This document shows, piece by piece, positions 57,402 to 64,000 of a stretch of 64,000 nucleotides of DNA. Within the stretch, counting starts at the first letter, position 1, and every line of letters begins with the position of its first letter. The notes under the pieces are model-generated. The model did no database searches. It was not told the DNA's origin and saw only the letters and a program-made list of their open reading frames with translations. The position numbers were made by a program, and so were the translations under genes. Source of the stretch: Clostridia bacterium (GTDB lineage Bacteria > Bacillota > Clostridia > RUG12999); the NCBI GenBank assembly GCA_017467445.1, contig JAFTSG010000003.1, positions 75,753-139,752 on the forward strand, read 5' to 3'.

Positions 57402-58352
57402 TCAGTTCACCCGTATGCTCTGGTCAAATCTGCTGTATATTGCACCATGTTCTGCGGCACCGTTCTGATAAGGCACTTTTTCTCCATTAAGAATTTTCAG
57501 CATTGCAATTGCCGAATCTGCCCCTGCTTTGATGGAAAGCGGTGCCCCGCCGCCGTAACGCGGATTTATTTCTATATAGTAATTTTCGCCCGAATTTTTG
57601 TCCTGAATGAGTTGCAGTGTTATTGCACCACAGGGTTTGAACCTTTTAATAACTTCCATTGTTTCGGCAATTATTCTTTCATCTTGCACAATTTCTGTTT
57701 TAAGGACCTCCCCTGCACGTACCGCAAGTCTTATTCTGGGAGTAACATAAACCGGATTACCGTCATAATCGCAAAAAACGTCAACTGTGTATTCCGTTCC
57801 CTCTACAAACGGCTGAATTATATAGTCCGGCACCTGCGATGCATAGTGAACAAGCTCCTCCATGTTCCCGGCTTTATATGCAAAAATACTTGAACTTCCG
57901 TCTTTAGGTTTTATAAAACATGGAAATCCCAAATTGTACTTATCTACATCATCGATTGTTTTGGGTGCTTTAAGTCCGCAGGATTCAAAAAAATCTCCCG
58001 TATTTCTTTTATCACGGCATATAGCAATTTTGTCTTCTGCACTTATAAACATTTTTGTGCCAATCTGTTCAAACCTTGATTTGTTTTGTGCAAGAATAAG
58101 AAGATCAGTGTCAATTGTCGGAATAACTGCATCTATTTTTTCTGTTTTACAAATGCTCATAAGAGTCGGAATGTAACTTTCTTCTCTTATTCCGGGAGCC
58201 TTATGTTTAACATCACAATACATAAGCGCAGGAGCTGTTTCTGACATATCAGTTCCGTGTATGTATAAATCCATGCCGGTAATATGCGCCGCATTTCTAA
58301 ATGCCTGCATTAACTCCACTCTTCGCCCGACACATGTAAAAAGTATATTCAT
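57402..58352 (-). CDS. ATP-grasp domain protein (carbamoyl-phosphate-synthase-L-like)
   Basis: MNILFTCVGRRVEL start behind GGAG, FIKPKDGSSS, IIQPFVEGTEYTVD, EINPRYGGG. Confidence 0.8.
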   Translation of the reverse strand: MNILFTCVGRRVELMQAFRNAAHITGMDLYIHGTDMSETAPALMYCDVKHKAPGIREESYIPTLMSICKTEKIDAVIPTIDTDLLILAQNKSRFEQIGTKMFISAEDKIAICRDKRNTGDFFESCGLKAPKTIDDVDKYNLGFPCFIKPKDGSSSIFAYKAGNMEELVHYASQVPDYIIQPFVEGTEYTVDVFCDYDGNPVYVTPRIRLAVRAGEVLKTEIVQDERIIAETMEVIKRFKPCGAITLQLIQDKNSGENYYIEINPRYGGGAPLSIKAGADSAIAMLKILNGEKVPYQNGAAEHGAIYSRFDQSIRVN

Positions 58353-58375
58353 ATATGTGCTCCTTGTCATCTGTA

Positions 58376-59008
58376 TTATAGTTTCACGCTGCTTTCTTTT
58401 TCAGGCGTACCCTGAAAAAATTCCATTGTAGCATGGCCCTCCTGCGAAATACCTTCTTCTTTAATAAACACTTTCCATACGGTCAGAAAAATTATTTTTA
58501 TATCTCTCCAAAAGGTTATATTATCTACATATTCAACGTCAATTTCAAATTTTTCTTCCCACGAAATTGCATTTCGTCCACTTATTTGTGCAAGTCCCGA
58601 AAGACCCGGTCTTACCTCATGGCGACGGCGTTGCTTTTCATTATACAGTGGCAGATACTCAACAAGAAGTGGTCTTGGTCCTACAACACTCATATCGCCT
58701 TTTAAAATATTAAACGCTTCCGGCAGTTCATCAAGCGAAGTTTTGCGAAGAAGTCGACCGAATTTTGTAAGCCTTACATCATCGGGCAGAAGTTTTCCGT
58801 TTTCGTCACGCTTATCCGTCATTGTACGGAATTTATAAAGTTTAAATATCTTTTCGTCTTTACCTGGACGGTCCTGCTTGAACAGCACCGGACTTCCAAG
58901 TTTTACTCTTACAAGAATTGCCACAATTATGTACAGCCAGGAAAAAACAATTATTGCCACAAGGGCACATACAATGTCAAATGCGCGTTTTATGTATTTT
59001 TTATACAA
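58376..59008 (-). CDS. PglC/WcfS-like small phosphoglycosyl transferase (initiating sugar transferase)
   Basis: 210 aa. [15 protein letters not shown] re-entrant helix, [34 protein letters not shown]. Confidence 0.9.
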   Translation of the reverse strand: MYKKYIKRAFDIVCALVAIIVFSWLYIIVAILVRVKLGSPVLFKQDRPGKDEKIFKLYKFRTMTDKRDENGKLLPDDVRLTKFGRLLRKTSLDELPEAFNILKGDMSVVGPRPLLVEYLPLYNEKQRRRHEVRPGLSGLAQISGRNAISWEEKFEIDVEYVDNITFWRDIKIIFLTVWKVFIKEEGISQEGHATMEFFQGTPEKESSVKL

Positions 59009-60142
59009 CTAAAAACACTCCTTAATAATTTCAATTATTTCATCATGTTCTTCAGGTGTCATTTGCGGATAAAAATCACTCGGCAGGCAAAGTCCGCGAT
59101 TGAAGATATCTTCACTTACGGAAGCCTCGCCTTCGATATGTTCAAAATAGTCGCAATCTTTATAGAACGGCTGCATATGCATTGGTTTCCAGATGGGTCT
59201 TGATTCAATATTCTTTTCTGCAAGAACATCCATTATGTCAAATGCAGAAACATTGGACGTTTTATCTATTGTCATTGCAGAAAGCCAGTGATTTGGTTTT
59301 GCATGATTCTCATATGGTTGCATTGTAACAGGCATATCTGCAAATGCAGCTTTATACTTATTATAAATTTTTGTCTTTTGTTCAACATGGTCGGAAAGGG
59401 CGTGCATCTGGCCCCTGCCTATTCCTGCACAGATATTACTCATGCGGTAGTTATAACCAAGCTCCTCGTGCTGGTACCATTTTGCCGGTTCGCGGCTTTG
59501 TGTTATCCATTTAAGAACCGTGGCAAGTTTATCTGTATCATTACCTACAAGCATTCCGCCGCCGGAGGTGGTTATGATTTTGTTTCCGTTAAACGAAAGA
59601 ATACCAAAATCACCAAATGAGCCCAGTTTCTTTCCTTTATATTCACCGCCAAGTCCTTCTGCCGCATCTTCAATAAGAACTGCATCATTTTCACGGCAGA
59701 TTTCCATAATTTCATCCATTTTCGCAGGAGTTCCGTAAAGGTGAACCACCACAACCGCTTTTGCTTTATATTTCTTAAACGCACGACGAAGTGCTTCCGG
59801 ACTTAAGTTCCATGTATCGGGCTCACTGTCTATAAAAACAGGTGTGGCATTTTGATAAACAATTGGGTTTGCGCTTGCCGCAAAGGTCATTGACTGGCAA
59901 AAAACAACATCACCGCTACCAACTCCTGCCGCACGAAGTGCCATATGTATAGCCGCTGTTCCCGCACTCATTGCAACAGCACCTTTGACGCCGATGTATT
60001 CTTTAAGTGTGTTTTCAAATTCGTTCACGTTTTTACCAAGAGGAGCTACCCAGTTGGTATCAAACGCTTCTTTAACGTATTCCTGTTCTTTTCCGCACAT
60101 ACACGGCGATGAAAGATAAATTTTTCTGTTCATAGTTGCCAC
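59009..60142 (-). CDS. DegT/DnrJ/EryC1/StrS-family aminotransferase (PglE/WcfR-like)
   Basis: 377 aa. Family blocks include SAGTAAIHMALRA..., LSFNGNKIITTSGGGML (PLP-Lys region) and GYNYRMSN. Confidence 0.9.
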   Translation of the reverse strand: MATMNRKIYLSSPCMCGKEQEYVKEAFDTNWVAPLGKNVNEFENTLKEYIGVKGAVAMSAGTAAIHMALRAAGVGSGDVVFCQSMTFAASANPIVYQNATPVFIDSEPDTWNLSPEALRRAFKKYKAKAVVVVHLYGTPAKMDEIMEICRENDAVLIEDAAEGLGGEYKGKKLGSFGDFGILSFNGNKIITTSGGGMLVGNDTDKLATVLKWITQSREPAKWYQHEELGYNYRMSNICAGIGRGQMHALSDHVEQKTKIYNKYKAAFADMPVTMQPYENHAKPNHWLSAMTIDKTSNVSAFDIMDVLAEKNIESRPIWKPMHMQPFYKDCDYFEHIEGEASVSEDIFNRGLCLPSDFYPQMTPEEHDEIIEIIKECF

Positions 60143-60382
60143 CCGTTTCGAAGTTTTCTTTTAATTCACCTATTATATTATTATATCATACATATATATA
60201 AAAGGCAATATTCTTTTTTTGGAAGAAAAAAGCCGATTTTCCCTTTCGCATAACGAGTGAAAAATCAGCTTGAAATATCATGCACATACATTTTAATTAT
60301 ATCAAAATCAATATCCCGTGTCAATTGTCGGTTTCGTAGAAGAAATGCCGCTCTTTTGGTGTTTTTTACCATTTTTAATAGG

Positions 60383-60415
60383 CGAAAAAATAAGACCGTG
60401 CAAAAGCACGGTCTT
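60383..60415 (-). terminator. htpG terminator
   Basis: AAGACCGTGC-AAAA-GCACGGTCTT with a T-run on the minus strand. Confidence 0.8.
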
Positions 60416-60420
60416 CAATA

Positions 60421-62214
60421 TTATCTAATTCTTTCAAGTATTTTTGCCGAGCGGTCAAGGAATGCTTTCATTTGTTCGCTTGTAAGCGGTGCATGAGCAA
60501 GGCTTGCAAGGTCATAAATGTAGTTACAAACAAGCTTGTTATACTCCTCATCTTCGCTTTCCAGAATTGATGATGTAATTGCACAACCCGTATTTACAAT
60601 AAGCTTTTTCTCATCGGGAATTTCCGGCATATTACCGCCCATAAGAACGCTCATTTCGTTAAGGCGTCTTGCCTCCTCCGACATATTGATTATCGCAGGA
60701 AGGTCTGTAGTTTTAAGGTCACGACATTCTACAATAAGCTTATCATCACCAATGCTGTCTTTAAAGAGTTTTGTAAGCTTTTCAGCTACCTCTTTATCGG
60801 TTTCAGCCCCCGATGTAATTTCGGAATCAACACGTTTGAACCTGATATCGCGGTTTTTAAACTCGCAAAAGCTCATAAAATGCGTATCTATTGCAAGCGG
60901 AAAAGTTACTACCTCCACCCCGTCCTGTTCATACATATCAATATACTGTGCCTGAACATCCGCATTTGTAGCATAATAAATGATATTTTTATGTTTTTCA
61001 TCTGCGCCCTCAAGATATTCCGCAACAGTTTTATATTCGCCTTTTGTGGTTTTAAGCATTACAATATCTTTTACTTTTTCGTAAAAGCTTTCGTCTCTCA
61101 TACTGCCGTATTTTACAAATGGGCTGATGTCGTCCCAGTATTTTTCAAGAGTTTCACGGTCAGTATTAAACATTCCTGTCAGCTTATCGCAAACTTTTTT
61201 GATAATATGTGCAGATACCTTTTTAACGTATCCGTCATTTTGCAAAAAGCTTCTTGATACGTTAAGCGGCAGGTCCGGACAGTCGATACAGCCGCGGAGC
61301 ATCATAAGATATTCGGGAATAACCTCTTTTATGTTGTCCGCCACAAATACCTGATTGTTATACAGTTTTATCTGCCCCTCAAGACCGCTTGCTTCGTGTT
61401 TAAGTTTCGGGAAATAGATTATCCCTTTCAGGTTGAACGGAAAATCCACATTAAGATGAATCCAGAACAATGGAGCATCCATATCCATAAACACTTTTGT
61501 GTAAAATTCTTTATATTCTTCATCGGTGCATTCGGACGGTTTTTTAAGCCAAAGCGGCTCTTTATCATTAAACGGTTTTTCGCTGGGTTTTTCATCTTCT
61601 GCGTTTATAACATAAATGTCAACAGGCAGGAAATAGCAGTATTTATACAAAATCCCGCTTATTCTTGAATAGTCAAGAAATTCTTCATTTTCCTTGCCAA
61701 CATTAAGGATAATATCCGTACCTACCTCTGTTCTTGTGCCTTCGCCAATTTCGTATTCTGTGCCGCCGTCGCAGCTCCATTTAGCAGGTTTTGCGCCTTC
61801 TTTATACGAAAGACTTTCGATTTCAACCGTATCACCTACCATAAATGCCGAATAAAATCCAAGCCCGAAATGACCGATGATAGATGTTGTTTTGTCATCT
61901 TTATATTTGCTTAAGAAATCCTCCGCACCGGAAAACGCCACCTGAGTAATGTATTTTTCAATTTCCTCAGCTGTCATTCCAAGTCCGTTATCGCTGAAAA
62001 TAAGTTTTTTGTTCGGTTTATCAACTGTTACCTTAATTTCAAACTTTTCGGGAGCTTTTGCCTCACCGTCAAGTACAAGTTTCTTACGTTTGGAAATAGC
62101 ATCGCATCCGTTTGAAACAAGCTCGCGTGCAAATATATCCTTGTCTGAGTAAAGCCACTGCTTTATCACAGGAAAAATGTTCTCGGTATGTACCGCAATA
62201 TTGCCTTTTGCCAT
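60421..62214 (-). CDS. htpG: molecular chaperone HtpG (Hsp90)
   Basis: MAKGNIAVHTENIFPVIKQWLYSDKDIFARELVSNGCDAISK and DNGLGMT. ATG is 8 nt after GGAGG (the ORF-track TTG start is rejected). Confidence 0.95.
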   Translation of the reverse strand: MAKGNIAVHTENIFPVIKQWLYSDKDIFARELVSNGCDAISKRKKLVLDGEAKAPEKFEIKVTVDKPNKKLIFSDNGLGMTAEEIEKYITQVAFSGAEDFLSKYKDDKTTSIIGHFGLGFYSAFMVGDTVEIESLSYKEGAKPAKWSCDGGTEYEIGEGTRTEVGTDIILNVGKENEEFLDYSRISGILYKYCYFLPVDIYVINAEDEKPSEKPFNDKEPLWLKKPSECTDEEYKEFYTKVFMDMDAPLFWIHLNVDFPFNLKGIIYFPKLKHEASGLEGQIKLYNNQVFVADNIKEVIPEYLMMLRGCIDCPDLPLNVSRSFLQNDGYVKKVSAHIIKKVCDKLTGMFNTDRETLEKYWDDISPFVKYGSMRDESFYEKVKDIVMLKTTKGEYKTVAEYLEGADEKHKNIIYYATNADVQAQYIDMYEQDGVEVVTFPLAIDTHFMSFCEFKNRDIRFKRVDSEITSGAETDKEVAEKLTKLFKDSIGDDKLIVECRDLKTTDLPAIINMSEEARRLNEMSVLMGGNMPEIPDEKKLIVNTGCAITSSILESEDEEYNKLVCNYIYDLASLAHAPLTSEQMKAFLDRSAKILERIR

Positions 62215-62245
62215 AGTATTTGCCTCCAAATAAAAATATAAATAT

Positions 62246-62274
62246 ATTTTACTACTTTAGAAAATTATTGTCAA
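62246..62274 (-). promoter_or_regulatory. sigma-A-type promoter of htpG
   Basis: Minus strand reads TTGACA (62269-62274), 17-nt spacer, TAAAAT (62246-62251), immediately after the last barstar stop. Confidence 0.6.
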
Positions 62275-62276
62275 GA

Positions 62277-62600
62277 TTATGAAATTACTTCAAAAGTTAC
62301 ATTTGGTGTTTCTTTATGCACATCATCAAACACGTCCAATATCTCACGGCAATATTCTTTCAATTCTCCTTTCAGAGAATTGTATCCGTATATTTTCACC
62401 TTATATTCTCCTTCGCCGTAAAATAGTCCATCAAGGCAATCCCACAGTGCACTTGAGTTATGACCACAGCACTCCGGTAAGCCAAATTTTTCTTTCAATA
62501 ATGGGTATATTTCCCAATGTTTGAGTCCTGTAAAATCAATAATTATCGGATTTTCCTTTATTTCTTTATATGCATAATAGCTTTCGTCATGTTCTTTCAT
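62277..62600 (-). CDS. barstar-family immunity protein, paralog 1
   Basis: 107 aa. LKEKFGLPECCGHNSSALWDCLDG aligns with the barstar LPEYYGENLDALWDCLTG region. GAGGA RBS. Confidence 0.85.
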   Translation of the reverse strand: MKEHDESYYAYKEIKENPIIIDFTGLKHWEIYPLLKEKFGLPECCGHNSSALWDCLDGLFYGEGEYKVKIYGYNSLKGELKEYCREILDVFDDVHKETPNVTFEVIS

Positions 62601-62611
62601 TTTGCTTCCTC

Positions 62612-62935
62612 CTATGAGATTACATCAAATGTTAGATTGGGAGATTCTTCATGAACTTCGTCCAAAATCTTCAGCATCGGCTTGCAATATTCTTGAACCT
62701 CTTTATCCAACGAATAATATCCGTATATTTCTACTTTATATTCACCTTTATTCCAAAATCGTCCCAGCATACAATCATCAAACGCATCCCAGTTCTCTCC
62801 ATAATACTCCGGAAAACCAAATTTTTCTTTCAGCATTGTATGTATTTCCTCCGGTCTGCACGAAGAAAAATCAATGATTATTGGGTTTTCCTTTATTTCT
62901 TTAAACGCATAGTAGCTTTCATCGTGTTCTTTCAT
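62612..62935 (-). CDS. barstar-family immunity protein, paralog 2
   Basis: 107 aa with FPEYYGENWDAFDDCMLG. Starts exactly 335 nt from the neighbouring paralogs. Confidence 0.85.
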   Translation of the reverse strand: MKEHDESYYAFKEIKENPIIIDFSSCRPEEIHTMLKEKFGFPEYYGENWDAFDDCMLGRFWNKGEYKVEIYGYYSLDKEVQEYCKPMLKILDEVHEESPNLTFDVIS

Positions 62936-62946
62936 ATTTGTTCCTC

Positions 62947-63270
62947 CTATAAAATAATTTCAAAGGTTAGATTTTTCCACTCTTTTTGTGCATCACTAAA
63001 AAGATTAAGTATCTTATGGCAATATTCCTTGACATATCCATCAAGAGCATTATAGCCATATATTTTTACTGCATACTCTTTCTCATCACTGACAAGATCC
63101 CGAAGACAATCCCACAACGCACTTAAATTTCTCCCATAGTATTCCGGAAATCCAAATTTTTCTTTCAGCATTGTATGTATTTCCTCCGGTCTGCATGATG
63201 CAAAATCAATTATTATAGGATTTTCTTTTATTTCTTTAAACGCATAGTAGCTTTCATCATGTTCTTTCAT
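62947..63270 (-). CDS. barstar-family immunity protein, paralog 3
   Basis: 107 aa with FPEYYGRNLSALWDCLRD. Begins 11 nt after the toxin stop, with a GAGGGA RBS. Confidence 0.85.
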   Translation of the reverse strand: MKEHDESYYAFKEIKENPIIIDFASCRPEEIHTMLKEKFGFPEYYGRNLSALWDCLRDLVSDEKEYAVKIYGYNALDGYVKEYCHKILNLFSDAQKEWKNLTFEIIL

Positions 63271-63281
63271 TTTGGTCCCTC

Positions 63282-63809
63282 CTACTTTATTTCAATAAAT
63301 GTATGGTAATGGTCATATGTAACAAAAATCAATCCGTCATTTGAATACACTATACGTTCCGTCCCCCTGCGCCCACTTTCATAGTCAATATCTGCCTCAT
63401 ACCATATTCGTCCGGGCTGTGATGGTAAATGCTTATTTTCATTTCTGTAAATACCATTTGCAATCATTTTATCTGGACATTTTAAATATAAGTTTCCTAA
63501 TTTAGGGTTCCATCCTGCTTTTTTAGCATCCTCATATGATATATAATAATCCGGCAATATTCCGTAATATTTCAGATACCAGTCTGCACCGTCCACCCCG
63601 TTTTTTGTTGCATTTCCGGCAAGCATTGCCTGCATTCTTTCAATTTTGCAGCGACAGAACAAATGGTCGGGCGGAGCGTCAAAAACGAACTCCTCTATAC
63701 CGTATATTTTACCATGCTTTTCCTCACAAGGCAAGCATCTTTTAACATCTACAACCGACACCCGATGTTTCCACTTTTCGCTGAAGGACATATATTTATT
63801 TTTAACCAT
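63282..63809 (-). CDS. barnase-family ribonuclease toxin with an N-terminal Cys-rich (MuF-C-terminal-like) extension
   Basis: The C-terminal 110 aa align along barnase: VDGADWYLKYYGILPDYYISYEDAKKAGW, GRIWYEADIDY (Glu), YDHYHTFIEI (His). The N-terminal part is CLPCEEKHGKIY...PPDHLFCRC. The start ATG overlaps the upstream stop (ATGGTTAA). Confidence 0.85.
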   Translation of the reverse strand: MVKNKYMSFSEKWKHRVSVVDVKRCLPCEEKHGKIYGIEEFVFDAPPDHLFCRCKIERMQAMLAGNATKNGVDGADWYLKYYGILPDYYISYEDAKKAGWNPKLGNLYLKCPDKMIANGIYRNENKHLPSQPGRIWYEADIDYESGRRGTERIVYSNDGLIFVTYDHYHTFIEIK

Positions 63810-64000
63810 ACAATCCCGCCCTGTCATTTATAACAAGCATACGGAGCATTGTTTCGTCAAGGTTAAGTTTACCCTCTTCATCGCCTTTTAAAATTCCTTT
63901 ATCCATAAGCTTTGTTACCGTAGGCTTTGCCCAGTCGGGCATATTGTCATCCACCCACGCATAGATAAATTTATCCGTCTTTTTTTCAAGAGCTTCAACC
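63802..64000 (-). CDS. 3' end of an unidentified CDS running off the window
   Basis: Open frame ...YAWVDDNMPDWAKPTVTKLMDKGILKGDEEGKLNLDETMLRMLVINDRAGLYG*, stop 63802-63804, coupled to the toxin gene. Confidence 0.4.
   Translation of the reverse strand, partial: VEALEKKTDKFIYAWVDDNMPDWAKPTVTKLMDKGILKGDEEGKLNLDETMLRMLVINDRAGLYG

Noticed and set aside
62277-63270. The regular 335-bp periodicity initially suggested a repeat array (CRISPR-like or satellite)
   Set aside because: Each period is a complete 107-codon barstar-family ORF with its own RBS. These are protein paralogs, not a CRISPR array.

Overview
64-kb chromosomal window from a low-GC, endospore-forming Firmicute. The gene content looks Clostridia-like: spoIVFB, spoIVA, cotJABC, dpaAB, ricT/yaaT and a CtpB-like S41 protease. 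Housekeeping genes (mnmE, dxs, tlyA, yebC, holB, rqcH, queA, hppA, htpG) are interspersed with six accessory segments. (1) A ~5.45-kb element with a large serine recombinase and a small resolvase splits the spore-coat Mn-catalase gene cotJC into two halves that rejoin in frame. It resembles the skin element, with a shared CCT core and attP-like symmetric arms. (2) A Shedu-like DUF4263 nuclease is translationally coupled to an ECF-type sigma-like protein just downstream of cotJC. (3) An EF-G/TetM-like GTPase is fused to a Rae1/YacP-type NYN nuclease domain. (4) A ~5-kb insertion bracketed by a duplicated terminator hairpin holds a decayed polyvalent-protein gene and a RAYT/IS200-like Y1 transposase flanked by a 17-nt repeat. 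(5) A 17-kb Wzx/Wzy polysaccharide locus carries L-FucNAc genes, LicD/cytidylyltransferase and an amino-sugar/ATP-grasp module. (6) A barnase-type toxin is followed by three tandem, diverged barstar paralogs. Two otherwise continuous reading frames carry single in-frame TAG codons. Several strong TTGACA-17-TAAAAT promoters and hairpin terminators are readable. I recognised no rRNA, tRNA or CRISPR array. All calls rest on reading the translations and DNA by eye; no database search was run.
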